Assembly (NCBI GenBank): GCA_963735595.1
Contig: CAVTLK010000002.1
Coordinates: 288,001 to 352,000 of the forward strand
Direction of reading: 5' to 3'
Origin: an uncultured delta proteobacterium
Lineage (GTDB): Bacteria; Desulfobacterota; Zymogenia; Zymogenales; Zymogenaceae
DNA: 64,000 nt
In this document: positions 1 to 11,738 of the stretch, one piece after another
Numbering within the stretch: position 1 is the stretch's first letter
Layout: each line of letters begins with the position of its first letter
The notes under the pieces: generated by a model
What the model was told of the DNA's origin: nothing
Database searches by the model: none
What the model saw: only the letters and a program-made list of their open reading frames with translations
Translations under genes and position numbers: made by a program

Positions 1-1926
1 CGTGTCGGGGTTATCGAACCATACGGAGTCCCCCCTGCTGATCATCCCCCGGAGGGCATTCATGACTATATAGCTGTTGCCGAGATACCGGACGTACAGC
101 TCCGTATCGAGTCGCTTCTTGAGTGTATTCTTGGCAAGCGTCTGGACCATCGCGTGAAAGACGGTCGGCGCCGTTGCCTCGGGCGCTGCCGTGTAGTCCC
201 ATTCTTTGAGCATCTCGAGGGCCGCCGCCTCGTTTTCGTTCAGTTTCTTATCTGAAAGGTGATCGATAAAGATAGGCACCCACTCCCGGGCCAGGACGAC
301 GACGAAATCGGCGTGCATCCGCTCGAAGTCCGCTACCGACAGCTTCTCCTTTTCCGTCAGCATCTCGGTAATGCGGAGGTAGCGGTCCGGCATGGCATAG
401 TAGTAGGAGATAGGATAGGCTGATCCCGAACCGGTATGCTTGTTGTTTGCCGAGGCGATCCATCCGCTATCGGGGTTCCTGAGGTGGGGCTGGTCTTCCG
501 TCGCCACGTACCCGTTCCACTCGTATTTTCCCTCCCATCCTGGGAGGAGCTCCATCCCGGAGAAGCCTTCCCGTTTGGGGATGCCGACGGCGGCCCAGTA
601 GCCGATGTTCCCCTGATCGTCGGCATAGACGATATTCTGTCCGGGGCACTTAAAATAGGCGATACCCTTTTCCATGTCGTCGATGGTTTCGGCCCGATTG
701 AACGCGTACAGGGCCAGAGGGACGGTGCCGAGCTCCGGGGCGGTCCAGCGCATCGCCAGCACGTTCCCCGCGGGTTCATCAAATCTGTCAACGTCGTCAA
801 CGACCGGGCCGTGGCGGGTGAGCCTGACGGTATACTTTACGTCTTTGCCCCCCTTAACCTTGATGACCTCCTCCCTGATGGTCATATCTTCCCAGACTCC
901 CTTATACTCGTACTGGTTTTCGTTCTCGGGGTTGATCTTCTCAAGGTAATAATCGGAGTCGTCGGCCATGGTGTTGGTAAATCCCCAGGCAACGTGATCG
1001 GTGGCCCCCACGATGATAAAGGGGATGCCGGGGGCCACCACGCCCGAGACGTTCATGGACGGGGTGGAAAGGTGCGTCTCATACCAGATTCCCGGGAGCC
1101 CGTGACCGAGGTGCATATCGGTGGCAAGTATCGGTTTTCCGGTCTCGGATTTCTTTCCCGAGATCACCCAGTTGTTGCTGACGCCGCCCCCCTCGGTCCC
1201 GAGGACCTCCCGCGCGCGGGTCATAACGGCAAGCATCCGCCCGGTGTTGACCGACGACAGCACCTCGGTTCCCGACATGATCGTCGGGTACCCGGCGGGG
1301 TAGTCGACGAAGAGCTCGCGGGCCTCTTCTTCGCCCACCTTTTGTTTGATCAGATCATAGAGTGGCTCTACGTCAAAGGAACTGTTGAGGTCCCAGGCCA
1401 TATAATAATAGACTGCGCCGCAGTCGCTGGGTTTCCACGGCTCGGGCTCATATCCTAAAAGCGTAAACTCGACCGGGAGCGGTCCCGTTCGCGTATCGAG
1501 GTAATAGTTAACGCCGGCGGCAAACGCCGTCATGCCGTCCACGATTTCGGGCGGGTAGTCCGCATAGAGGTCATCGACTGGCTTTGCCGCGGTAATAGTG
1601 CGGAAGAGCTTATCGACGCCGATCATGTCTTTGCCCAGAATCTCCGAGAGCCTGCCCCGGATGGCGCGCCTGAGCATATCCATCTGGAAGAGCCGGTCCT
1701 GAGCCATGCAGTAGCCGAGGGCGAAGTACGCGTCGTTGTCGTTATCGGCGTAGATGTGGGGCATACCGAAGGAATCCCGGATGATAGTAACGTTTCCGGT
1801 GATGCCCTCGACCGTTACCTCTCCCTTATAGCTGGGAAGGCCGGCCCTGAGCCAGCCGTACGCGACGACAAAAACCACGATAACGATGCCGAGAATAATC
1901 CAGAGAGACCATCTGAGGTATTTCAT
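1..1926 (-). CDS. Penicillin acylase family (Ntn-hydrolase) protein, 3' end outside window
   Basis: Not in the ORF track because there is no stop in the window. Manual translation from ATG 1926 (SD AGGAG) gives MKYLRWSLWIILGIVIVVFVVAYGWL (membrane anchor), IIRDSFGMPHIYA, ALGYCMAQDRLFQMD, the beta-chain start SNNWVISG (Ser codon 1177-1179) and NPDSGWIASANNK; all checked segments are in the same frame down to position 1. Confidence 0.93.
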   Translation of the reverse strand, partial: MKYLRWSLWIILGIVIVVFVVAYGWLRAGLPSYKGEVTVEGITGNVTIIRDSFGMPHIYADNDNDAYFALGYCMAQDRLFQMDMLRRAIRGRLSEILGKDMIGVDKLFRTITAAKPVDDLYADYPPEIVDGMTAFAAGVNYYLDTRTGPLPVEFTLLGYEPEPWKPSDCGAVYYYMAWDLNSSFDVEPLYDLIKQKVGEEEARELFVDYPAGYPTIMSGTEVLSSVNTGRMLAVMTRAREVLGTEGGGVSNNWVISGKKSETGKPILATDMHLGHGLPGIWYETHLSTPSMNVSGVVAPGIPFIIVGATDHVAWGFTNTMADDSDYYLEKINPENENQYEYKGVWEDMTIREEVIKVKGGKDVKYTVRLTRHGPVVDDVDRFDEPAGNVLAMRWTAPELGTVPLALYAFNRAETIDDMEKGIAYFKCPGQNIVYADDQGNIGYWAAVGIPKREGFSGMELLPGWEGKYEWNGYVATEDQPHLRNPDSGWIASANNKHTGSGSAYPISYYYAMPDRYLRITEMLTEKEKLSVADFERMHADFVVVLAREWVPIFIDHLSDKKLNENEAAALEMLKEWDYTAAPEATAPTVFHAMVQTLAKNTLKKRLDTELYVRYLGNSYIVMNALRGMISRGDSVWFDNPDT

Positions 1927-1968
1927 AACAATCTCCTGTTTAGATAGCGGTATAACAATGGATGATAA

Positions 1969-1997
1969 ATACTATTCATTTTAGTCCAGGAAGTCAA
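1969..1997 (-). promoter_or_regulatory. Sigma70-type promoter for the penicillin acylase gene
   Basis: Minus strand TTGACT-17 bp-TAGTAT, about 40 nt upstream of the start codon. Confidence 0.6.
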
Positions 1998-2076
1998 TCC
2001 AATTCATCACTGCGGTTCGATATCTTTCTCAGGAAACGACGAAGCCACATGCGATCCCCGGGGTTCCCCGATTTCC

Positions 2077-2105
2077 TTGACACACGCCTCATCACGGAGT
2101 ATAAT
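2077..2105 (+). promoter_or_regulatory. Consensus sigma70 promoter of the GH57/glycogen operon
   Basis: Perfect TTGACA (2077-2082)-17 bp-TATAAT (2100-2105), 40 nt before ATG 2146. Confidence 0.85.
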
Positions 2106-2145
2106 CACCGGATTCTCATAACCTGATGAAAAACGAAACCTGCTT

Positions 2146-4707
2146 ATGTCCGATCAGTACTACATCACCCTCTGCCTCCATTTTCACCAGCCGCACTTCC
2201 AATTGAAGAGCGTCAGGGACCAGGTCTTTGCCCGCTGCTATTACCCAATGCTCGAGATGCTTGAAGGAATCAAGGACCCCGACGGCGCGCTCAAGCTTAA
2301 CTTTCATGTTTCCGGCCCGCTTATCAACTATGCCTCCCGCCATGAAGAGGAATTCCTTAACCGGATGAAAGACCAGGTGGACCGGGGCGTCGTCAAGATC
2401 GTCGGCGGTCTCATTGACGAATCCTTCCCCCAGCTCTCTTCCCGCGGCGATGACGTCTATTTCCAGACGCTCAGGTACGGGATTGCCACCGAGCGTTTCT
2501 TCGGCGTCCCCGCCGCCGGCTGGGACGGGTTTCACATCGTTGAGCGGGAGGTCGGGGAGGGGCTCCTCCAGATGCTTTCCACGGGGCTCGGCGACCTGGG
2601 TGCCCTGCCCATCTACTACCTGGACGTGGAGACCTTTTTTACACCCTATTTCGACTCAGAGCAGGAAAACCTCTCCCTGAAGCATTTCGGGGTGATCGAC
2701 CCGGCGCTCAAGTCGACGATGCCCTATTTCACGCGGGACGCCCTCTTTTCGATCTACCGGGATGAGATCATGGGGCGGCCCTTCTATGTGGTCCCCATAC
2801 ACAGCGAATTACGTTATTTTTTACTGAAACGGCGTCCCATCTTCGGCCCTGACCCTACCTGCAGCCCCGAGCAGTACCTCGGGCTCATCCGCGAAAAGGC
2901 GAAGAACGCCGCGGACCTCATCTATAAAAAGTCCAACAAACGGACCCCACCGCTGATGTTTATCTTCAATGATGCCGAGCTCTTCGGCCAATGGAGCGGC
3001 GATCCCGCCGCGGACCGGGAGTGGCTGGAGGAGTTCTTTCGGCTCGTGGCGGCGGATACAGAGGCCTCGTTCATCTCGCTGCGCGAGTACTTCGAAAAAT
3101 ACGGTTATATCGATACCTACCCGATCAAGACAAGCACGAGCTATACCGAGTTTGAGAACTGGACGATGAAGCGGGGCATCCGGGGCGTTACCTTCGGAGA
3201 CCCGAAGCTGAGGAGGGTCATATCGTGCCTGAGGGACCTCGAAAAGGCCCAGGAGCTGGTAGAGCGGGCGGTCATGGACCGCGTCAAGTCCGAGGTTGAG
3301 ACTCTGTCTCCCCACATCCTACTCCATGAGGTCACCAAGCAGGTGCTCGTGTCACCCAATCGCTACGACCTTATCCGGGTATTCATGGCCCAGTACTATT
3401 CAAAAGAGGCCCTGGAGGCCTATGACCTGATCCAGACGATACGAAACATCGCCTACCAGGAGGACCCCCGGTGGGCCTCCCGGCACCCCAACTTCGGCTC
3501 GTGCACGTACTACGACCTGACGGGACTGGCCTATATCGCGGTGGCGCACCGCCTGGCGGATTATCTCCTGGCGGAGATATCCAAGACCTGGGGGCTCTTC
3601 CCGAAGACGACGCTTGAAGTCATCGATTGGGACTACGACGGCAACGACGAGGTCGTCATCAATACGGACCAGCAGTTCGTTGTCATCAGCAAGGTGGCGG
3701 GCACCGTCATCCACCACCAGATCCACTCCCCGTATTTCAAGGGGATGGATTTCGGTAAGATCCTGGCGGCCGCCGAGTCCCTCGTTACCGAGATGCCGAT
3801 GTTCCCGGCTACGGGCTTTTACAGCCAGTGCCTCATCCATACCGAGCCCGACAGCGAGCTCTGCGTGACCCTCGAGGAGGATTCCCGGGTCGAACACTGC
3901 CGGGACGCTTACCGGGCTAATTTCGTGGTCAAGGACGACGAGGGAAAGCTTACGGTGGTCGGCTCTTTTGACTACCGGATATTCGATCTCGCGGATTGGT
4001 CTATCGACGGGACGACCCTCATCGTCACGATGGAGGCGGCCCAGGAACTTACCGTAGAAGGGTGCGAGACCGTTTCCGTCTCCCTGAAGAAGGTCTTTAC
4101 CGTATCGGAGGACCGCTTCGACGTGAAGTTCGTCGTCACCAAGCTTTCCAAAGAAGAGGACCCCGTTTGGGACCGAATCCTGTTCGTCCCGGAGCTGGTC
4201 AACTCGGTCACCCCGGCAGACGACATCGACGGCAAGCTCGAGTCCTTTGTCAAGCTCATCCCCAATGGTAAGGCAAAAAAGATCGGCCTCACCTACCAGG
4301 TGACGACATTCTCTCCCGATTCGCCCCGGTTTATCCAGCACGAGGTGGCGGAGACGGTCTTCCAGCCCCGGGAGCTGCGCTACGGGTTGGTGATCAAGAC
4401 CCCGCTCTACGGCCGGTTTTACGATATCCACACCTACCGGTTCGGTCAATCAACGACGGACCTCCTCGAGGATATGGAGATATCGCCGGCCGTCCACCGC
4501 TTCTATCAGGGGTACGTCTTCGAGGATCATTCGCGTCTCGGCTACCACCAATCCGGGGCAAAGATATCGCCGATATTTGTCATCCCCCCGGGCAAGTCCG
4601 CCTCCTACGAAGTTTCCCTCACCCGCGAGATACGGGAGATCGGGACAGATCCAACCCTCTTTGACGGGGCGGTCTGTCTCATTCACGACAACCGGAGGAG
4701 GTCGTGA
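2146..4707 (+). CDS. Divergent GH57 family glycoside hydrolase (alpha-amylase/4-alpha-glucanotransferase-like architecture)
   Basis: 853 aa; LHFHQP, LNFHVSGPL, GFHIVERE (nucleophile region), FNDAELFGQW (acid/base region), TSYTEFENW, DWDYDGNDEV leading into a beta-rich C-terminal domain. Confidence 0.8.
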   Translation: MSDQYYITLCLHFHQPHFQLKSVRDQVFARCYYPMLEMLEGIKDPDGALKLNFHVSGPLINYASRHEEEFLNRMKDQVDRGVVKIVGGLIDESFPQLSSRGDDVYFQTLRYGIATERFFGVPAAGWDGFHIVEREVGEGLLQMLSTGLGDLGALPIYYLDVETFFTPYFDSEQENLSLKHFGVIDPALKSTMPYFTRDALFSIYRDEIMGRPFYVVPIHSELRYFLLKRRPIFGPDPTCSPEQYLGLIREKAKNAADLIYKKSNKRTPPLMFIFNDAELFGQWSGDPAADREWLEEFFRLVAADTEASFISLREYFEKYGYIDTYPIKTSTSYTEFENWTMKRGIRGVTFGDPKLRRVISCLRDLEKAQELVERAVMDRVKSEVETLSPHILLHEVTKQVLVSPNRYDLIRVFMAQYYSKEALEAYDLIQTIRNIAYQEDPRWASRHPNFGSCTYYDLTGLAYIAVAHRLADYLLAEISKTWGLFPKTTLEVIDWDYDGNDEVVINTDQQFVVISKVAGTVIHHQIHSPYFKGMDFGKILAAAESLVTEMPMFPATGFYSQCLIHTEPDSELCVTLEEDSRVEHCRDAYRANFVVKDDEGKLTVVGSFDYRIFDLADWSIDGTTLIVTMEAAQELTVEGCETVSVSLKKVFTVSEDRFDVKFVVTKLSKEEDPVWDRILFVPELVNSVTPADDIDGKLESFVKLIPNGKAKKIGLTYQVTTFSPDSPRFIQHEVAETVFQPRELRYGLVIKTPLYGRFYDIHTYRFGQSTTDLLEDMEISPAVHRFYQGYVFEDHSRLGYHQSGAKISPIFVIPPGKSASYEVSLTREIREIGTDPTLFDGAVCLIHDNRRRS

Positions 4708-6857
4708 CGGACGTTCGTGTCGCCTTCCTGTGGCACATGCATCAGCCCAGCTATAGGGACCCTGCCGGCGGCGGCTATATACTCCCATTTGTCAGGCTTC
4801 ACGGCACCAAGGGGTATTATGACATGGCGCGGCTGTCGGAGGAGTTTCCCGACATCCGGGTGACCGTGAATCTCGTCCCTTCCCTCATATCCCAGATCAA
4901 GGATTACGCAGACGGCGCGGCCCGCGACGTCTTTATCGACCTGACGCTCGCCCCGGCCGGGGACCTCACGCCGACGGAAAAGTTCTTCGTCATCAAGAAC
5001 TTTTTTATGAGCCGATGGGAGACCCATGTAACACCCTATACGCGCTATCGTGAGCTCCTTTTCATGCGGGGCACGGCGCCGGGGGCGGAAGACCCCCGGG
5101 AGGTCTGCTCTCGGTTTTCGGATCGAGACATCAGAGACCTGCAGCTCCTGTTCAACCTGACGTGGACAGGCCATTTCGTCAGACGCGACTTTCCCGAAAT
5201 CGACCGGCTCATAAAAAAGGGGAGGGATTTTACCGAGGAGGATAAGGGGACCGTCATCGAGGTGCACCGGGAGGTCATGGCCAGGCTCATCGGGCTCTAC
5301 CGGAAGCTTTCGGACGCCGGGAGGGTTGAGCTGTCGACCAGCCCCTTTTATCATCCGATCCTGCCGCTTCTGATCGACAACACCACGGCCCGGCGGGCGC
5401 TGCCGGGCCTTATCCTTCCCCGGAGGTTTGCGCACCCGGAGGACGCCCGGCGGCAGGTTGACGCCGGCATAGATCTCTTTGCCGAGACCTTCGGCCGCCG
5501 TCCGCGAGGGCTCTGGCCGTCGGAGGGTTCGGTATGCCCGGAGCTTATCGGGCCGTTGTCCGATGCGGGCATCCGGTGGATCGCCACCGACCAGGATATC
5601 CTCTTTAACTCGGGGCTCCGGGACGACTCCCCCGCCGACCTGTACACCCCCTATCGGGCGGTCCATGACGGCGCCGAGGTCTCGGTCGTCTTTCGTGACA
5701 AGAAGCTTTCCGACCTGATCAGCTTCTCCTATTCCCAGAATGTCCCCCAGGTAGCGGCGGCGGATTTCATGCGTCATATCCAGCGGATCGGTGAAGGACG
5801 AAACGGCCGATCCGCCCTCGTGACGGTGGTGCTGGACGGGGAAAACCCCTGGGAAGGGTACCCGGACGCCGGTGAGGGCTTCCTCAGGCACGTATACTCC
5901 GCCCTCTCGGAGGGGTCCGTCGCCCGCTCGACAACCATCGGGGACTACCTGGAAGAACATCGTCCCACCCGGACGGTCGACCCGCTCTTTTCGGGATCGT
6001 GGATCAACCACAACTTCGCGATATGGATCGGACACCCCGAGGATAACACCGCCTGGGATACGCTCTCGCTGGTGAGGGATTACCTGGCGAGGTTTGACGC
6101 CTCGTCGGTCCCCGGGGAAACGATAGAGAGGGCATGGGAGGAGATATATGCTGCGGAGGGGAGCGACTGGTTCTGGTGGTTCGGCGACGATTTTTCAACC
6201 GAGCAGGCCGAGGAGTTCGACTATCTCTTCCGCGAGCGGTTAAGAAACGTCTATCGAATCCTCGGCCAGGAACCGCCCCAGCTCTTGTCGGAGCCGATAA
6301 AGGGGGCGCGCCGGGTGCCCGAAACGCGCCCGCCTATCGGCTTTATCAGCCCGATAATCGATGGGACCATCAACGACTTCTACGAATGGGCCAATGCCGG
6401 GCATTACGAGGTAGATCTTTCCGCGGGCGTCATGTTCGGCGGCATCACCGACGTCGAGTCCCTTTATTTCGGTTTTTCCCCGAAGGACTTCTTCATCCGT
6501 ATCGACTACCGGCAGCCGCCCGACGGCGAGGAATACGTCGTCCATTTCTTTATTCGGGCCGGGCGCGACTACGAGATCGTGCTGCCGCTTGTCGCCGGGC
6601 AGCGGACCTACACCATGCTTGCCTCTTCGGGTACGGGCGCGTTTGAGCCAACCGGGCAATACGAGCGGGCGGGCGTCGGCAAGATCGCCGAGTTTTTCGT
6701 CCCGTTCGGCGAGCTTGGCCTCAGCCCGGGGCAGGCGTTCTCGTTTCTCGCGGAGATCAGGACGGACGGCGTATCGATCCTGCGCTGTCCCCGTCGGGGG
6801 AGCCTTGTTACGAAGGTACCCGATAAGAATTTTGAGCTGGAGAATTGGAGTGTGTAG
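4704..6857 (+). CDS. GH57 amylopullulanase-like glycoside hydrolase
   Basis: 717 aa; [47 protein letters not shown] overlap with the upstream gene. Confidence 0.9.
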   Translation: MTDVRVAFLWHMHQPSYRDPAGGGYILPFVRLHGTKGYYDMARLSEEFPDIRVTVNLVPSLISQIKDYADGAARDVFIDLTLAPAGDLTPTEKFFVIKNFFMSRWETHVTPYTRYRELLFMRGTAPGAEDPREVCSRFSDRDIRDLQLLFNLTWTGHFVRRDFPEIDRLIKKGRDFTEEDKGTVIEVHREVMARLIGLYRKLSDAGRVELSTSPFYHPILPLLIDNTTARRALPGLILPRRFAHPEDARRQVDAGIDLFAETFGRRPRGLWPSEGSVCPELIGPLSDAGIRWIATDQDILFNSGLRDDSPADLYTPYRAVHDGAEVSVVFRDKKLSDLISFSYSQNVPQVAAADFMRHIQRIGEGRNGRSALVTVVLDGENPWEGYPDAGEGFLRHVYSALSEGSVARSTTIGDYLEEHRPTRTVDPLFSGSWINHNFAIWIGHPEDNTAWDTLSLVRDYLARFDASSVPGETIERAWEEIYAAEGSDWFWWFGDDFSTEQAEEFDYLFRERLRNVYRILGQEPPQLLSEPIKGARRVPETRPPIGFISPIIDGTINDFYEWANAGHYEVDLSAGVMFGGITDVESLYFGFSPKDFFIRIDYRQPPDGEEYVVHFFIRAGRDYEIVLPLVAGQRTYTMLASSGTGAFEPTGQYERAGVGKIAEFFVPFGELGLSPGQAFSFLAEIRTDGVSILRCPRRGSLVTKVPDKNFELENWSV

Positions 6858-6859
6858 CG

Positions 6860-8982
6860 ATGGGCGTTTATCTAATGATCGCGGTCCACAATCACCAGCC
6901 GGTAGGGAATTTCCCCTGGGTCTTCGAGGGTGCCTTCGATCGGTCGTATGGCCCCTTCCTCGATGTCCTCAAACGATACCCCGACATCAGGATCACCCTC
7001 CACAATTCGGGCCCGCTCATCGACTGGATGGAACAAAACCGGCCTGAGTACCTTAATACCGTTGGGGAGCTCGCGGATCGCGGGCAGATCGAGATCATGG
7101 GAGGGGGCTATTACGAGCCGATCCTCTCGATCATCCCCGAGACGAGATGCCGCGACCCAGATCGATCGCATGAGCGGCTATATCAAGGATCGGTTCGGGA
7201 AGGCGCCGGCGGGTATCTGGATGACCGAGCGGGTCTGGGAACCGACGCTTCCGGCTATCACCGACCGCTCGGGAATCAGGTATACGCTTCTGGACGATAC
7301 CCACTTTCGCTACGCGGGGACTGGCGACAGACGAGCTCTTCGGCTACTACGTCACCGAGTATTCGGGGCACACGCTTTCGGTCTTCCCGATCGACCGGGG
7401 CCTGCGGTACACGATCCCCTTTCGCGAGCCGCAGGAGACGATCGCCCGGCTCAAGGAGATCGCCCGGAACAGGCCGGGGGCGGGAGTCGTCTACGGCGAC
7501 GACGGGGAAAAATTCGGACTGTGGCCCGGCACCCACCGGTGGGTCTACGAGGAGGGCTGGCTCGTCCGGTTTTTCGAGACGATCCTCGAAAACAGGGACT
7601 GGATCGAGCTGGTGACCTTCTCCGAATACCTCGACCGGTTTCCCCCCACCGGCAGGGTATACCTGCCTACCGCCAGCTACGAGGAGATGGCGGAGTGGGC
7701 GCTCCCGGCCGACGCCGTTCTTAAAGTACCGGGAGGTCAGAAAAAGGCTCACGGACGCCGGGATGATGGAGGCGGCCGGGCCTTTTATCCGGGGCGGGTT
7801 TTTCGCCAATTTCCTCTCCAAATACCGCGAATCAAACAACATGCACAAGCGGATGCTGTTCGTGAGCGGAAGGGTCGCCGCGGCGCCGGACGACAGGCGG
7901 AAGGCGGCGGACGCCGTTTCTGCTGTCGGCCCAGTGCAACTGCGCCTACTGGCACGGCCTCTTCGGGGGGCTCTACCTCAACTACCTGCGCCACGCGGTC
8001 TACCAGAACCTCTGCGCGGCCCAGCGTATCGTGGAGCAGGGCGGCGGGCCGACCTTCGAGCGGCTCGATTATGACGCGGACGGGTATGAGGAAATCCTCG
8101 TGTCCACACCGGGGCTTCATGCCGGCATCTCGCCGGCGCTCGGCGGCTCGCTCTTTCACCTGGATATTGTCGATTTCGATTTCTGCCTGACCAATACGAT
8201 GTCCCGGGTGTTCGAGGCCTACCACGACGAGGCCCGGCGCGGCCTCGTCGGCAAAGGCCGACGGGCGGCAGCCCGAGTCGATCCACGACCGCATGGTCCT
8301 GAAGGAAGCCGGACTTATTGATATACTTACCTATGACCGCAATCCCCGATACAGCTTCATGGATCACCTGTTTAACGACGCCGTGACGGTCGACGATCTG
8401 ATCGCCGGGCGGTACGACGAGGCGGGGGATTTCGTGACGGGTGAATACGCGGTAAGCGAGGCATCCAGGACACAAGACGGGATCACAATTGAGCTTATTC
8501 GGGAGGGGTCGATAGTCGTCGATTCGAAAAGGGTTTGCCTCGGAATAAAAAAGAGATATACTATACGAAACGGGTCGCCCTCCGTAACCGTCGGCTATAC
8601 CCTCATTAATCGGGGACTGGAAACGTGCTCGTTCTCTTTTGGGATCGAGAGCAACTACACGTTGCTGGCGGGCGACGACCCCGCGCGGTACCTGCTGCTG
8701 TCCGGCGATACGCGATACCCGATGAATGCGCGGGGGCAGGACGAGGGCATCGACGCCTTTTCGATTGTCGATGAGTTTTCGGGTTTCCGCGTCTCGTTTC
8801 GACACTCCCGGCCGGCGCGGCTTTCCCGCTTTGGCGTAGAGACTGCGTCCAACTCCGAGGGGGGGTTGGAGCGGACATACCAGGGGACCTGTATCGTCTC
8901 ACAGTTTCCCGTAGTCCTTTCGGGCGGTGGGGAATACCAAGTCGAGACCACGATGACCGTATTGCCGGTCGGGGAGAAGTGA
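6860..8982 (+). CDS. GH57 alpha-amylase/4-alpha-glucanotransferase (DUF1925/DUF1926 type), several frameshifts
   Basis: Motifs spread over changing frames: [82 protein letters not shown]. Confidence 0.88.
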
Positions 8983-10710
8983 AGGCCATGGAAGGCATCG
9001 GCTGTTTTACCTTTGTGCTCCACTCCCACCTGCCGTACGTTCTTTCCCACGGGCGGTGGCCGCACGGCACCGACTGGCTCAATGAGGCCTCCGCGGAGAC
9101 CTACGTCCCCCTTATCTCCGTCATCAAACGCCTTGCGGCCGACGGCATTGCCTCGAAGATAACGCTCGGCGTCACGCCGATACTTGCCGAGCAGTTGTCG
9201 TCCCCGTTGTTCGCGGACGGGTTTATCTCCTACCTTAAGCAGAAGATCGAAGCATCGCGTGACGATATCAGGGAGTTTGAGCGGCACGGCCAGAGGGAGC
9301 TTGCGGGGCTTGCCGCCATGTGGGAATCATTCTACGTCGATATCTACGAGGGCTTCGTATCGGGCTGCCGCGGCGACATTATCGGCGAACTGAGACGGCT
9401 CCGGGAACAGGGGGCCGTAGAAATCATCACGTCGGCCGCGACCCACGGATACCTCCCGCTCCTCGGATACGACCAGGCCGTCCGGGCGCAGATCGAAACC
9501 GGCGCCCGAACCCACGTGCGGCATTTCGGGACGAGGCCCGCCGGCATCTGGCTTCCCGAGTGCGCCTACCGTCCCGGATACCTCTGGGAATTCCCCGTCG
9601 AGGGCGCGGGGGAGGGGTACCGGCGCCGGGGCATCGAGGAGTTTCTCTCGGACGCCTCGATTTCCTACTTTGTCGTGGACTCCCACCTCCTCGAGGGGGG
9701 CAAGGCCGTCGGCGCCTACCTCGACCGTTTCGAGGGCCTCAAGGAGATTTGGGACCGCTTTATATCCGAGTATCGGGAAACCGTCGTCGACGAGCCGCGG
9801 TCGCCCTACGAATCGTACGCGGTCTCGTCGGAGGGTGGGCCGAAGACCGCCTCGATCTTCACGCGCGATCCCAAGAGCGCGCTGGTGGTCTGGAGCGGGG
9901 AACACGGATATCCCGGCGACAGCAACTACCTTGACTTCCACAAGAAGCATTTTCCCGGCGGCAACCGCTACTGGAAGGTCACCGGGCCGAAGGTCGATCT
10001 CGGAGAGAAACAGATCTATGATCCCGGCATCATTCCGGAACGTATCAGGGAGAACGCCGCGCATTTTGCCGGGCTGGTGCGGCGAACACTGGCCGATTTC
10101 TCTGGCACCCATCACCGTCCCGGGATCGTGACGGCGCCCTACGACACGGAGCTCTTCGGCCACTGGTGGTTCGAGGGGCCCCGATTCATCTATCAGGTCA
10201 TCAGGGAATTCAGCCGACGAACCCGGGGGTGCGCCTGACCACGCTGACCGAACACCACGAGGCCTACCCGCCCCGGAGGGTCGTCACTATTCCCGAAGGC
10301 TCCTGGGGAGAGGGGGGGTTCCACTGGATCTGGTTCAACGACTGGACAAAGTGGACCTGGCGGCATATCTACGAGGCCGAGAAGACAATGGTAGACCTCG
10401 TGGACGCCTCCGCGCAAGAAGCGACGACCCGGGCCTCGAACGGGTGCTGGCCCAGACGGCGCGGGAGCTGCTGCTGTTGGAGAGCTCCGATTGGCAGTTC
10501 CTGATTTCCACCTGGAGCGCACGGGACTACGCGGAGATGCGCTTCTCCGAACACTTCAACGATTTCACGAGACTCGCCGGCATCGCGCGGCGCATCATCG
10601 ACAATACCGAGCCGAGCACGGGGGATTGGGAGTTTGTCGGGGACATGGAGATGAAAGACGGGCCGTTTGCCGACCTGGATATCGGCCTGTGGAGATCGGA
10701 CGCCCCGTGA
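8979..10710 (+). CDS. GH57 1,4-alpha-glucan branching enzyme (DUF1957 C-terminus), frameshifted
   Basis: LHSHLPYV, ATHGYLPLL, GIWLPECAYRP, PYDTELFGHWWFEG, then EGSWGEGG and RELLLLESSDWQF in following frames. Confidence 0.9.
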
Positions 10711-10724
10711 CAGGAGGAACTATC

Positions 10725-11738
10725 ATGCCGGAACTGAGGAAAGACCCGGTCATCGATCGATGGGTGATCATTTCGACGGAACGCGGCAAACGGCCGATGA
10801 CATTCGAGGAAAAGGAGGAAGAACGGAAAGGGGGGTTCTGCCCGTTTGACTGCCGGCAATGAAGACAAGACCCCCCGGGAGATCACGGCGATCCGCGAGC
10901 CCGGCACCGCCCCCAATTCTCCGGGATGGCAGTTGAGGGTCGTCCCCAATAAATTCCCCGCGTTGATGGTGGAGGGAGAACTGGACCGCCGCGGCGATGG
11001 GATGTACGACAAGATGAACGGCATCGGCGCCCATGAGGTAATTATCGAAACGCCGGACCATGCCATCGACCCTGGCCGATCTTCCGCTGTCGCGAATTAC
11101 CGACGTCATGATTGCCTACCGGGACCGAATGGCCGACCTCAGGAAAGATCGGGCGATTCCGGTTCGTGATGGTCTTCAAGAACCACGGGAGCATCGCCGG
11201 CGCTTCACTGGAGCACACCCACAGCCAGCTCATCGCGCTGCCGGAGGTTCCGATTGCCGTCCTCGAGGAGATCGAGGGAGCCCAGCGTTTCTACGCCTAC
11301 AAGGAGCGCTGTATATTCTGCGATATCATCTCGGAAGAGCTTTCCACGGCGGACCCGGCTTGTCTGCGAGAATCCGAAGTTCGTGGCGATAGCCCCGTAC
11401 GCCCCCCGGTTTCCCTTCGAGACGTGGATCTTTCCCAAGGCACACCTGTCCCGCTACGAGGAGGGACCGCGGGAGGTATACGAATCGCTGGCGCATATAC
11501 TCAGCGAGCTGCTGCTCCGGCTCAATAAGGCGCTGCGCAATCCCCCTATAACTATATTCTTCATACTTCTCCCTTTAACGATCCCCATTCGGGAGATACC
11601 AGCCACCTCTATCACTGGCACATCGAGGTGATGCCGAGGCTCACAAAGGTCGCCGGGTTCGAATGGGGCTCCGGTTTCTATATCAACCCGACCCCGCCGG
11701 AAGAAGCGGCCCAGTTCCTGCGGGAGGTGGAGTTATGA
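10725..11738 (+). CDS. galT: GalT-like (galactose-1-phosphate uridylyltransferase family) nucleotidyltransferase, frameshifted
   Basis: [63 protein letters not shown] (HxHxQ), [20 protein letters not shown]. The symbol denotes the family, not a proven function. Confidence 0.85.

Noticed and set aside
436..1458. 340-aa plus-strand ORF
   Set aside because: Antisense shadow of the penicillin acylase gene, which has clear family motifs.
4683..6035. 450-aa minus-strand ORF and similar long antisense ORFs (3400-4449, 21306-22412, 26147-27220, 47580-49013, 59486-60496)
   Set aside because: They lie opposite well-supported genes, have no motifs, and are expected in GC-rich DNA.
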